From the IMG/VR virus record IMGVR_UViG_3300024496_000030, positions 1 through 64,000 of that record: a stretch of 64,000 nt of DNA. One strand, 5' to 3'. Source of the DNA: a virus. A program made the position numbers and the translations under genes. This document shows, piece by piece, positions 19,000 through 28,448 of this stretch; positions within the stretch are counted from its first letter, which is position 1; the number at the start of each line of letters is the position of its first letter. The notes under the pieces were generated by a model. That model was not told the origin of the DNA, searched no databases, and was given only the letters and a program-made list of their open reading frames with translations.

Positions 19000-19671
19000 T
19001 TAATTTTGCCCAATTTGCTGGACAAAGGAACGCAAAAACCTACCTGCACCAAGGCCGCCTAATGCTGCAGCCGCTGGAGCGATTACATAACCTGCAGCTT
19101 GGAATGCGCCAGGGGCAGGGGATACGGGATAACCAGCCTGGTTAACAAGTTGCGTGCCACGACGGCTGGCCTCAATCTCAGAAAGAATGCGACCACTGTT
19201 ATTGAGATAGTTCATCCCTAAAGCAAGGGATGCAGCACGACGCGCAGAAGGAATAGCAGCACTAACACCAATCGTGGCTAACCCTATCACATTAGGATTG
19301 ACGCCACCATAGGTATGACGTTGGATCCATTGGAGTGGGCCACCACCTGCTTCAATGGACTGGTGGCCAAGCTCATGGCCAAGGGTAAACTTACTTGCTT
19401 TATCAACGTTCAAAGAAATTGCATTCTCACCTAGCTTTGAATAGCTGGCGCCAGATGGCTGAACGTTTGCAGTAATGGTTGGATTTAATCCTGTTTGTTG
19501 AGTATATTGACCAACAATTTGATTAAGGGCTGGCTGCTCAAAAGCAGATCCAGTCTCCTGCATTCCACGTTGTTGATATTGTTTAATGGCACCACGTTGT
19601 AAAGCACGTGCACCAGCCATGCCAGCTAGTGCAACGCCACTTTGCAATGCTGTTTTAGCAGCTTGATTCAC
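19000..19671 (-). CDS. zincin-type metallopeptidase with hydrophobic segments
   Basis: LGHELGH and downstream EIEASRRG. Confidence 0.6.
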   Translation of the reverse strand: MNQAAKTALQSGVALAGMAGARALQRGAIKQYQQRGMQETGSAFEQPALNQIVGQYTQQTGLNPTITANVQPSGASYSKLGENAISLNVDKASKFTLGHELGHQSIEAGGGPLQWIQRHTYGGVNPNVIGLATIGVSAAIPSARRAASLALGMNYLNNSGRILSEIEASRRGTQLVNQAGYPVSPAPGAFQAAGYVIAPAAAALGGLGAGRFLRSFVQQIGQN

Positions 19672-19871
19672 TCGGGATCAAAGTATGGTTCAACATCTTG
19701 GTAACCGGCAGAACGGTTCCAATAGTTGTAGCTATTAGGAGGCAGAGGACCAATCCGTTCATACGGGTTGTAGTCCATTGGTTGCAGTGTTGCCATTTCA
19801 GAGCGGATCTCTGGGATCAATTGCTCTGTATAAGCTTTTAATTGTTGCTTTGCTTTATCAGCTTTAGACAT
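19668..19871 (-). CDS. hypothetical protein
   Basis: Coupled on both sides. Confidence 0.5.
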   Translation of the reverse strand: MSKADKAKQQLKAYTEQLIPEIRSEMATLQPMDYNPYERIGPLPPNSYNYWNRSAGYQDVEPYFDPE

Positions 19872-20428
19872 CAGGATTCAGCCTCAGGTCCGTTGTTGTA
19901 CATGGCCTCTGGCCCCATTGCAGCACGCAGTAAACGCTGACGCTCTTGCGCAGTCTTCATGTCATAGGACATGCGCATCTGTTGCATACCCAGTGGAGAA
20001 CCGGGTTGGTTTAAAGCGATATAGCTTGTTTGTAAATCAGAAGGCATTACGTTACCGCCCATGCGTCCTGCTTCGGGTGGAACGCGGTTACGGGGATCAG
20101 TGATGTGATACCCCATCAAGGCATTCATGCCAGCATTAGCACCCATGCCACCAACAAAGGCACCAGTCATTGCAGCGCCAGCAGCGGCAAGACCGACATC
20201 ACGTTTTTTGATAGCACCTTTCATTCCAACAGAACTACCAAATTGTTGAGCCTGGCTACCCATGGTCTGCAAGAATTGTCCTACTTTCTGACCAACACCA
20301 CTGCTTGCAGATTCTGCTGCTTTCATTCCTGCTTGTGCAACTTGTGCACCCTTTTGTTCAATGCCACGTGCAATGCCGCCTCCTAAATAAGCAGCTGCAG
20401 TACGTGCAGATTCTGGAAGCATTGCCAT
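19871..20428 (-). CDS. Gly/Ala-rich putative internal virion protein
   Basis: Low complexity with a hydrophobic GLAAAGAAM segment. Confidence 0.5.
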   Translation of the reverse strand: MAMLPESARTAAAYLGGGIARGIEQKGAQVAQAGMKAAESASSGVGQKVGQFLQTMGSQAQQFGSSVGMKGAIKKRDVGLAAAGAAMTGAFVGGMGANAGMNALMGYHITDPRNRVPPEAGRMGGNVMPSDLQTSYIALNQPGSPLGMQQMRMSYDMKTAQERQRLLRAAMGPEAMYNNGPEAES

Positions 20429-20439
20429 ATCTTTAAAAT

Positions 20440-20466
20440 AAAAAAGGGGCAGTAATCACTACCCCT
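20440..20466 (-). terminator. intrinsic terminator after the scaffold gene
   Basis: GGGGTAGT-GATT-ACTGCCCC-TTTTTT on the minus strand. Confidence 0.65.
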
Positions 20467-20493
20467 TATTCTAAACTCAATTGTTTTTAAAGA

Positions 20494-21468
20494 TCAGTCC
20501 ATCACCAGGAGTTTCTGGCGGAACACACCGGGATTGCGCTGAGCCTGCGACAGATAACGCCAAGCATTTGCAGGGTCACGTTCAGCCACGTTGCCAAAGT
20601 TATCCCAGAAGTTTTGCGAATCCATGTCTAGCTGAGGACTGGGAGGAACTGGCATATTGGCCCGCTCCAGAGAGGGGTTGTAGTACTCCTGCTCAGGATA
20701 AGCTTGCTGCTCTTGATAACCATAAGCAGGTTGCTCATCTTTAACGGGGTAGGGACCGTTCTCACCGAAGAACTCACAGGTGTAATCAGCCAGTACATCA
20801 GGATCAGTCAAGATCCGTTCGTAAGCTTGATGTTCCTGGGCCAGTTCTTCCAGCAGTTGAACAGCTTCTGTCAGTTGCTCATAACGAGCAATCAAAGCAT
20901 CTTCAACGGTGCAGGCATATTCATTGAGAACAGCAGGAGCATCGGCACCGAAGTGATCAATAACCTCAAGACTTTGAGGACTTACCCCGTTTGCGAGGAG
21001 CTGCTGCGTTGTTATTTCCTGCGATGTTTGGGAAGAGTTGGGCGAGTAACCCTGGCTGGACGGATAGATCGGGGCTGCCGAATTGTTGCTGTACCCCACG
21101 CTCTGTTGGGAACTGAAGCTGGCCGGGTCGATTCCTTGTGTCGGTGCGGACTGTTGACCCTGGAACGGGAATTGAACTGGTGAACTCAGGAGTGACACCA
21201 CCCGGTTGAACGCTTCCTTGTACGGGTTCTCCGCTGTAGGTTGGGACGGCTGGTACGACTGGATAGGGGCGTAAGGTGCCGCCGAGATCTGCGCCTGCAT
21301 CTGGGGCGCTGGTGCTTGGGCCGGCTGGTAAGGTGCCACCCACTGGCTGGTTGTTGCCACCGGAGCCTGCGCTGCCGTCTGTTGTGCTACCGGCGCCGCG
21401 TAGCTGCTCGGCGGGGTCGAATACTGTTGGGGTACCGATTGGATCGGCGCTGCGGTATCGGCCTGCAT
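20494..21468 (-). CDS. capsid scaffolding protein (putative)
   Basis: Q/P/A-rich N-half, acidic coiled coil; lies between portal and MCP; GAGG RBS. Confidence 0.6.
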   Translation of the reverse strand: MQADTAAPIQSVPQQYSTPPSSYAAPVAQQTAAQAPVATTSQWVAPYQPAQAPAPQMQAQISAAPYAPIQSYQPSQPTAENPYKEAFNRVVSLLSSPVQFPFQGQQSAPTQGIDPASFSSQQSVGYSNNSAAPIYPSSQGYSPNSSQTSQEITTQQLLANGVSPQSLEVIDHFGADAPAVLNEYACTVEDALIARYEQLTEAVQLLEELAQEHQAYERILTDPDVLADYTCEFFGENGPYPVKDEQPAYGYQEQQAYPEQEYYNPSLERANMPVPPSPQLDMDSQNFWDNFGNVAERDPANAWRYLSQAQRNPGVFRQKLLVMD

Positions 21469-23200
21469 AAGTTACCTCTTTCTGGAGACTTTCGAGTGTT
21501 CTGTAAAGGAATGGCGTCAGATCAAGACGCGGATCAGCTGCCAGAGGGAGATCTGGGCGCTGGGGGTGAGGAGTGCGCATCTCTTGATTAATGAGATCAA
21601 GGAACGATGCATACGCTCGTTGCACTTGGCCAACCATCCGGAAGGGATAACCAGAGAGCATTTCTGCTACCTCGTCATCCGTCTTGGACGGGAACAAGTA
21701 CTTAAGTGCCTCAATACTATCAACACCCAATTCTTGTAAGTTACGGGTAAAGATAGATTGATTAACTTTGTCCTGTGGCGTGTCTTCATAAACAGGACCC
21801 ATCCAGCGCCAAAGCACTGTGCGGTCGCCGTCAGGGGCAAGACCAATGACACCATTAGGAATTTCTTTGGTTTCAAAAGCTTTATCGAGAGCTTTCTCTA
21901 AACCCTTCTCATACTTTTCTTTTGCTTTTTGATGTTTCTCTAATGCTGCTTCATCTGCATTCTCAGGCAATATCGGATATGTTAACCCAGATGCAACTGC
22001 TAATGATTTACGGAAGAGCTGTTCTTCCTGATAGATCATCAACTCAAAGCAACGGCAGATGCCATAGGTATAGAGCTGCAGACACTTTTTCTTTGCTGTG
22101 GCGCTAACACGTCCGTAAGCTGATTTGATTTCAGTTGCGGTGACGTTAGTAATCGACAGGTCATCAATACCACCAAGCGCCAGGCGAATCTCAGAACGCA
22201 ACTGATCCACATAGCGGGACTGGTCTGTACTGATGGCGTTAGGTGTAATGAAACCAACGCGATCAGTCGGCTCCAGGTTGGCAATCACCCGTGGCACACG
22301 TAGGCCGCCACCAGGAAGTCCGATGTAGCCAGCTTGCTTGCGCTCTGTTGGATCCTGTTTAAAGGTGGAGCTAGAGAGGGAGAACTCAGATTGGAAACCA
22401 GATTGGCTTGCAATGCTGGGGCGTTGTACTGCACCTTCCTGTGACGACTCAACAATGTCGTGCTTTGGACGGGAGGACAGCAGTGTGGGGTTACCAAAGA
22501 ACGACAGGTTTGCCCTGATGTTCTTGACCATCTCATCGTGAGCAATGATCTGGTTAGCTAACCATTCAAACTCACCGCTGCCATCAGTACCAAAAGCGTC
22601 AGGGTTATTGAGAACTTCTACGCATGGAATAAAGCCCAGCGTGTTCTCAAGTACTTTGTTATCGTTGAAATTAAGTGTCGTCTCCAGGGAATCAAACGAC
22701 AGTTCTTGTTCACTGTGGAGTTCGTGAATCTCACTTGGCGTGATACGGAGCCGCACATAACGCTTATCAGTAACCAGGCCTACGCCACCAAATCCACGAC
22801 TGGATTTAACCTTATATGCATAGATGATGATGACTTCTTCTAGATCACCATCTGGAGAGTAATAAGTACGGTAAGCATCTTTATCAAACCAATACAAACG
22901 ATAGGTTTTCTTTGTTGGCCTGATGTAAAACAGTCCTTTACCGTAAGATAAAAACCGATCCCAAATAGAATCTAAGCGTGCATCTAAACGATTGAACTTG
23001 ATAACTTGTTGGATAAAATCAAAACGTTGCGTTCCAAAGTTATCTTGATTGGGATAAAACTCGACGCCCTGCCGAATCCCAAACATTTTCATTTGGGAGA
23101 GGTGGGCATTGATGAGCATCGTGTCTGCCGTGCCCGTGGACTCACGGTTCACAACAGCTTTGAGCATTCCTTCTAAAACGGATTGGCTCTGGGTGCTCAT
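20966..23200 (-). CDS. portal protein (putative) with overprinted C-terminal extension
   Basis: Follows TerL; NTLGFIPCVEV.N, G.GEFEW, TATEIK; last ~167 codons overlap the scaffold gene. Confidence 0.7.
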   Translation of the reverse strand: MSTQSQSVLEGMLKAVVNRESTGTADTMLINAHLSQMKMFGIRQGVEFYPNQDNFGTQRFDFIQQVIKFNRLDARLDSIWDRFLSYGKGLFYIRPTKKTYRLYWFDKDAYRTYYSPDGDLEEVIIIYAYKVKSSRGFGGVGLVTDKRYVRLRITPSEIHELHSEQELSFDSLETTLNFNDNKVLENTLGFIPCVEVLNNPDAFGTDGSGEFEWLANQIIAHDEMVKNIRANLSFFGNPTLLSSRPKHDIVESSQEGAVQRPSIASQSGFQSEFSLSSSTFKQDPTERKQAGYIGLPGGGLRVPRVIANLEPTDRVGFITPNAISTDQSRYVDQLRSEIRLALGGIDDLSITNVTATEIKSAYGRVSATAKKKCLQLYTYGICRCFELMIYQEEQLFRKSLAVASGLTYPILPENADEAALEKHQKAKEKYEKGLEKALDKAFETKEIPNGVIGLAPDGDRTVLWRWMGPVYEDTPQDKVNQSIFTRNLQELGVDSIEALKYLFPSKTDDEVAEMLSGYPFRMVGQVQRAYASFLDLINQEMRTPHPQRPDLPLAADPRLDLTPFLYRTLESLQKEVTYAGRYRSADPIGTPTVFDPAEQLRGAGSTTDGSAGSGGNNQPVGGTLPAGPSTSAPDAGADLGGTLRPYPVVPAVPTYSGEPVQGSVQPGGVTPEFTSSIPVPGSTVRTDTRNRPGQLQFPTERGVQQQFGSPDLSVQPGLLAQLFPNIAGNNNAAAPRKRGKSSKS

Positions 23201-23216
23201 AGTGGGAAAAAATTAA

Positions 23217-23402
23217 TTAGTTGTCTTCGATCTCGTAACCAGTTTGCAGGCGCCGTAAGGTAATTACGTCATCCTCTACCTCAATATCAAACTCAGTTCC
23301 TGGTTGGAGCGCCATGTCGTGACACAGCTCATCAGGTAAAGGAATGATAGCTGAACCGTAAGCATCTTGCTCAAGTTCAACAACAAAGTAACCGGTGCTC
23401 AT
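23217..23402 (-). CDS. AbrB/MazE-like DNA-binding protein
   Basis: IIPLPDELCHDMALQPGTEFDIEVEDD.ITLR; TAGACT -10 at 23422-23417. Confidence 0.65.
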   Translation of the reverse strand: MSTGYFVVELEQDAYGSAIIPLPDELCHDMALQPGTEFDIEVEDDVITLRRLQTGYEIEDN

Positions 23403-23442
23403 TTGGACGTAGTATCAGTCTAATTCCGACAATACTCTAACC

Positions 23443-24966
23443 TTAATATTCCAACTCCAACTTGCCCCGTGTCATCAGGCCATTGCAGAGCCAGACCATG
23501 GCATCCACACAATCGTCGTGAGAGCTAACGCCAAAGTTAATGATCTCATCATGGAGCGCTTGGAACTTGCGATACTTGTTGAAGAAGATCTTGCGCTGCT
23601 CAAACAGACCCATGATGCCCCGGAAGCGTGCCAGTTTGTCGCCACGGAATCCTTTGACTGGATGCCAGATCATGTTGTAGAGACCGTGCTCACCTAAACA
23701 GATGCGCTTGAAGTCCGCCTCCAGAGATGCTTGGTAGGCCACCGCTTCTGACCAAATATCCACGTTGGATCCAGTGGGGAAATATTTGTCACCATCTTTA
23801 TAAACAATTCCCCATTCATACATCATTTCCATCATGGCTTCTAGCTTCTCCAGGTTGCCCATCAACCGGAGGCGCTTGGTATCAATGATGTAGATCTTGT
23901 CCCCAACCCTACCCCCTAGTACAAACACACTATAGTCATTACGTTCACGGACACCAGCTGATAGGTCAACACCAACGCCCAACGTGTCGAACTCAGTTGG
24001 GATCTTGCTCTTGATTAGCAGCTCAGGAGAAACCGACAGCTCACTGGTTTGGATAATCTGGTTTTGATACTGGAAACTAAAACTGATGGGAGCCTGGCGC
24101 TTACGATCTTGCAAGTATTCCAGTGACCACATCTCAGGCCAGTAGGATTTATCGTCACCATTCTCATCAACTGTAATGGCAGATTGAACAATCTGCACCC
24201 AATCATTGGCTGGCGTAAAGGTTGTGTTGTGAATGTCGTCATGGCGGAATCGGGTGCCAAGACAGATAGCCCGAGCACCTTCAAACATGGTCGGAACAAT
24301 AACTGAGTTCCAGTTATCTTCCATGGCTGCACGAATATCTTTGTTCTTAATATCGTCTGCACTCTTGATAGCGTCATCAATAATACAAAGGTGCGAACGT
24401 TTTGAGGTCACAGCACCTTTCAAACCTGCACAACAAACAGTAAATTCTTCTTCACCAGTTGATCTAATCCCTGCAAACTTCCAATCAATACTCCAATATT
24501 CGTTAGAGTTGATCCCTTTGGCAATCTTAACCATTGGGAAGATTTCTTTATAGTGCTTATTCTCTTCAATGATTCGTTTAATGGCTGCACTCTTAGGACG
24601 TGCAACATCAACTGTGTAAGAAATATAGAGAATCTTTAGCGGTTTCTTGTGCAGTGCATGGATACCAATCGACCACGCTGTAAACAAACCAAGCACCGTG
24701 GATTTTGCTGAACCCCGTGGCGCCAGGATGTCTACATTGGGGCCAGCAATACCAATCAAACATTCAGAGTTGTTGCCTGTGCAAAGGTGCTCATGCCATA
24801 GGCGCATGTGCGTTGCAGGTGGTTTCTCACCTACAACATCACAGAAGTAAGAAAAATCAACCCGTGCTCTTTCAATATCAATATCGCTGGTCTTCTTAAC
24901 AACCTGTTGCTTTGCACCGGCACGGGCAGTCCGCCTGTAAACAGCGTAAAGGGATGTGTTTGCCAT
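23443..24966 (-). CDS. terL: terminase large subunit
   Basis: APRGSAKST (Walker A), CIIDD (Walker B), GTRFRHDD, GVDLS, HDDCVDA. Confidence 0.92.
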   Translation of the reverse strand: MANTSLYAVYRRTARAGAKQQVVKKTSDIDIERARVDFSYFCDVVGEKPPATHMRLWHEHLCTGNNSECLIGIAGPNVDILAPRGSAKSTVLGLFTAWSIGIHALHKKPLKILYISYTVDVARPKSAAIKRIIEENKHYKEIFPMVKIAKGINSNEYWSIDWKFAGIRSTGEEEFTVCCAGLKGAVTSKRSHLCIIDDAIKSADDIKNKDIRAAMEDNWNSVIVPTMFEGARAICLGTRFRHDDIHNTTFTPANDWVQIVQSAITVDENGDDKSYWPEMWSLEYLQDRKRQAPISFSFQYQNQIIQTSELSVSPELLIKSKIPTEFDTLGVGVDLSAGVRERNDYSVFVLGGRVGDKIYIIDTKRLRLMGNLEKLEAMMEMMYEWGIVYKDGDKYFPTGSNVDIWSEAVAYQASLEADFKRICLGEHGLYNMIWHPVKGFRGDKLARFRGIMGLFEQRKIFFNKYRKFQALHDEIINFGVSSHDDCVDAMVWLCNGLMTRGKLELEY

Positions 24967-24989
24967 CCCCTTACCCTAACTCCCTACAC

Positions 24990-25475
24990 TCAGGATTCTT
25001 CCGCCAGGATTTTTGTCCACACAGCCATGACTGCATCCTGGAGTGGACCTTCAATGGGATCATCCTTAAAGATCAAAACAATCTCACGCAACGCCCGATC
25101 AGCACCAGCAAGGATCAAACCTTGCTTATCACCAACGTAGCGTTCATCTTGAATTTGCTTGATGGCACCACGCAGTTCTTTCTGGAGCATGGCGATACGA
25201 GCAGTGCCGTTATCTTGTTTCACCATGCCCAGATCAATGGCTTGACGTAGCTTCTCTACGTCTTCTCGCATACTGCCTACTTCAATCTCCAGGATCTGTT
25301 GGAGATTAGTTTTCTTAAAGGTGGACTGCTGCCACTGGTCACAATCAACGATGCTACCTGTATACCCAAGAAAACGGGCATACAGGTACATTTGGATCGG
25401 AGAACTGTGCTTTTTACAGAATGTAAGGAACGCTTCTTTTTCGTTAGGAGTTAAAGTTTCTAGCCAATCAATCAT
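24990..25475 (-). CDS. terminase small subunit (putative)
   Basis: Helical 161-aa ORF immediately upstream of terL. Confidence 0.45.
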   Translation of the reverse strand: MIDWLETLTPNEKEAFLTFCKKHSSPIQMYLYARFLGYTGSIVDCDQWQQSTFKKTNLQQILEIEVGSMREDVEKLRQAIDLGMVKQDNGTARIAMLQKELRGAIKQIQDERYVGDKQGLILAGADRALREIVLIFKDDPIEGPLQDAVMAVWTKILAEES

Positions 25476-26443
25476 GCACGGAATGCGCTGCGTGCTTGAC
25501 TATAATCCTTCTCCTCTCTATAGCGACGATAGAGTTCCTGTTGCAGTTCGGTTTCCCGCTGTTCTTGAGCTTGCTTGCCAACAGTCAAACGTTCTTCTGC
25601 ACCCGTTAATCCAATCTGACGTTCTTGACCGGCAAGCAATTCAGATTGTGTTTTACGTTGCTCTCCACCTGTTAAACCGATTTGACGCTCTGCACTTTCA
25701 GAAGCAAGACGTTGAGTTTCAATCTGACCACGCGTTGATTCGGTGGCAGCAAAACGTGTGGCGCCAGCAGATTGTTCAGAAGCATATTTAGTTGCTTCTG
25801 CTTGTGCTTGAGCACCTTGCAGGTTAAATTCACCCAAACGCTCGTTGGATTTGTTTTCGAGCATCTGCTCATCCAAGCGATATTGACCCTCTAGCTCATT
25901 AAAGGTTTCTGCTTGGGAAGAACCAAGCACATCCATAATGCTGCCAAAGACGCTTTCAATATCGCCAAGATCAACAAAAGTGCCTGCAGGTGTTTTTGTT
26001 ATTTGGGTTTTACCACCATCTTTGCCTTTTCCATCTTTACCTTTATCTTTACCTTTTAAACTAATCGTGCCACTTTGAATGCCTTGCTTTAGAAGATCTT
26101 TACCTTGGCTGCCAAACTTTTGAATTAACTGATCTTTTTCTTTAGGACTAATTGTAGATCCAAGACCAGATAGGAAAGTCTGTGCTTTTTGAATTGAAGT
26201 TTTTTGAGTACCGCCACCAGACTTTGGCGTGCCAGAACTGGACGCTTTAGGCACACCGCCTGCTGGTGTTGGTTTTGGGGCAGAGCTAGAAGGCCCTGTG
26301 CGCGGTGCCGTTGGGGTTGTTGCCCGCGCTGTTGATGCAGCAGGAGCGGGCGGGGGAGACGGACGTGGTGCTGACGGTGGAGATCCACCTCCACTCCGTG
26401 CACCGCTGCCACCTTTGGATCCGCCACCTCCTTTTGCTGCCAT
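25472..26443 (-). CDS. putative internal/ejection protein
   Basis: G/P/K-rich N-terminus; two ERQIGLTG.E.R repeats, coiled coil. Confidence 0.5.
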   Translation of the reverse strand: MAAKGGGGSKGGSGARSGGGSPPSAPRPSPPPAPAASTARATTPTAPRTGPSSSAPKPTPAGGVPKASSSGTPKSGGGTQKTSIQKAQTFLSGLGSTISPKEKDQLIQKFGSQGKDLLKQGIQSGTISLKGKDKGKDGKGKDGGKTQITKTPAGTFVDLGDIESVFGSIMDVLGSSQAETFNELEGQYRLDEQMLENKSNERLGEFNLQGAQAQAEATKYASEQSAGATRFAATESTRGQIETQRLASESAERQIGLTGGEQRKTQSELLAGQERQIGLTGAEERLTVGKQAQEQRETELQQELYRRYREEKDYSQARSAFRA

Positions 26444-26486
26444 GAAAAATCCTGTTTAAACTGCTTTAACTATTATAGAGTTGTTA

Positions 26487-27068
26487 TCAACGACGATAAC
26501 GGAAAGGCTCAACCGTTGCACGCTTGAGATCACCAAATGCACGACGCTTTTCAGCTTGTGCAGATGCTGCTAAACCAAGTTGTTGTTGCATCGACAGGTT
26601 GCGTGCAGCTTGAGCAGTAGGAGATAACTCCTTCGTTTCAAAAGCTTGCATCTGACGATTCAGCTCCTGGTTGCGCATGTACTCTGTGAAGGGGAGTGAT
26701 GCAGCACCAAACGCTGTAGCAGCGCCAAGGTTTAAAACGTTTTGCTTAGCTTCTGACTCCAGGAGATCTTGTTGTAGTGCTCTGGATAATTCCTTATAAG
26801 CATCTACATTTAAACCAGTTGGAGACAAATCCTGTGCACCAGCAACAGAAGGTGGTTGCGCAAAATATTGAAAAGGTTTGGCAACATCGCCAATTGTCTT
26901 TTTATATTCTTCTAAAGCAAGATCAATCGTTTTGCCAGTATTAAAATCAATTCCTTTGTATTTACCAAAAGCAGCTTTTAATTTATCAAGATCAATTTTA
27001 TTACTAGCCGTTGCTCCAAAATAATTTGGTGTCGTGGACTGATAAAAGCTGTTGAAATCTTGAGGCAT
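26487..27068 (-). CDS. putative internal virion protein
   Basis: Q/A-rich; module context. Confidence 0.45.
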   Translation of the reverse strand: MPQDFNSFYQSTTPNYFGATASNKIDLDKLKAAFGKYKGIDFNTGKTIDLALEEYKKTIGDVAKPFQYFAQPPSVAGAQDLSPTGLNVDAYKELSRALQQDLLESEAKQNVLNLGAATAFGAASLPFTEYMRNQELNRQMQAFETKELSPTAQAARNLSMQQQLGLAASAQAEKRRAFGDLKRATVEPFRYRR

Positions 27069-27083
27069 GATCAGCCCCTCCTA

Positions 27084-27890
27084 TCAGAAGTAACGGTACT
27101 GGGTAGCACCAGCTTGACCAATGTTGCTCATGAAACCTTCTGCCATTCGCTGAGCGCCAAGCTGACCTTGCTGACGCATTGCAGCATCAGTAGCCAGAGC
27201 AGTCGCCAGTTGAGCAGCCTTAGCACCACGGATCAGATCAGCTTCTTTCGAACGCTGCTGATAAGCTTCTTGGTAAGGGGCATAACGCAGAGCATTCTGC
27301 AGACTTTGCATGTACTGCTGTTGTTCAAAACGCAGCTGACTTTGAATAGCACCAAGAGGATCAGCGTAACCAGCAGTACCTGGAGGGCCGAACTGACCGA
27401 GGTTAGAGGGGGTCATCTGACCAGACTCATAACCAGGCACATCAGGAAGCTGGGGCATACCTGCACCCGTTGCTTGCTGAGTTAAGCCAACAGCTTTGGA
27501 GATTGGAGTAACAGCCTTACCTGCAAGACTTGCGCCGCCAGCAGCAAGGGCAGGAACAGCTAAGCCACCGCCAATCAGCGCAGCACCGCCAAGACCTTTA
27601 GCAAGGGCAGCTTTACCAAGAGCTTGCTGGCCAATCGGGTTAAGGGTGCTGGCGCCACTACGAGCAAACAATTGAGACGCTTTATAAGCTTCTGGAGCAA
27701 CTTTTGCTGCAAGGCCTGTACCAGCAAGCCGTGTACCAATAGCACCGGCCGCACCAGGAAGAATAGCACCTAAACCCGTACCAAGGAGGCCACCGCCAAT
27801 CGTTTGACCAATATCACCACCACTACGTTTGTAAGCTTCTGCTGCGCCTAGTCCGCCTCCGAATAAAGCACTAATCAATAACGGGTTCAT
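27084..27890 (-). CDS. Gly-zipper-rich putative ejection/membrane-pore protein
   Basis: Multiple GxxxG hydrophobic helices, Q-rich C-terminus. Confidence 0.5.
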   Translation of the reverse strand: MNPLLISALFGGGLGAAEAYKRSGGDIGQTIGGGLLGTGLGAILPGAAGAIGTRLAGTGLAAKVAPEAYKASQLFARSGASTLNPIGQQALGKAALAKGLGGAALIGGGLAVPALAAGGASLAGKAVTPISKAVGLTQQATGAGMPQLPDVPGYESGQMTPSNLGQFGPPGTAGYADPLGAIQSQLRFEQQQYMQSLQNALRYAPYQEAYQQRSKEADLIRGAKAAQLATALATDAAMRQQGQLGAQRMAEGFMSNIGQAGATQYRYF

Positions 27891-27939
27891 GAAATTAAAT
27901 CCTCTTAATTGTTATTTTAGAAGAACTATGCTCAACATC

Positions 27940-28446
27940 TTATGCGCCAAACATGCTTGCTGCTCTGCCACCTGCAGCAAGAAGTCCAGCAGCAACTTGT
28001 CCTCCGGGAATAATACCTGCAATTGGTGCAGCAATGCTGGCAATACTGCTGATAACTCCGGGGCCTCCTCCAGACTGTGTGGTTTTTTGAGTAGCACCGG
28101 GCATGTACATTGTGTAGCCACGCCCACGTGCGGCAGTACCTGCATTAGATGCGTAGCCACGATAATCTTTGGAGTTGCTATAACCACTATTTTGTTGTTT
28201 ATAAGCAAGCGCTTTATTTAAAGCACTAACTCCTGCACTTAACCAATCTGGTTGATCAGAACGGGATCCTAATGCACCAGTTCCACTTAAACCTGGCAAA
28301 TTTAAAGAGCCACCCCAATCAACACCTGGCGTTTGTCCCCAGTCAGTGCCGCCACCTGCAGAGCCCCAATCGTAACCACCAATGGTAGGTGCTTGGCCTT
28401 TAAAGATATTATCTGTTTGAACGTAATTGTCGTAAAGTCCAGCCAT
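27940..28446 (-). CDS. Gly-rich putative internal protein
   Basis: Likely start MAGLY coupled to the upstream stop; DWG repeats, hydrophobic C-terminus. Confidence 0.5.
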   Translation of the reverse strand: MAGLYDNYVQTDNIFKGQAPTIGGYDWGSAGGGTDWGQTPGVDWGGSLNLPGLSGTGALGSRSDQPDWLSAGVSALNKALAYKQQNSGYSNSKDYRGYASNAGTAARGRGYTMYMPGATQKTTQSGGGPGVISSIASIAAPIAGIIPGGQVAAGLLAAGGRAASMFGA

Positions 28447-28448
28447 TA

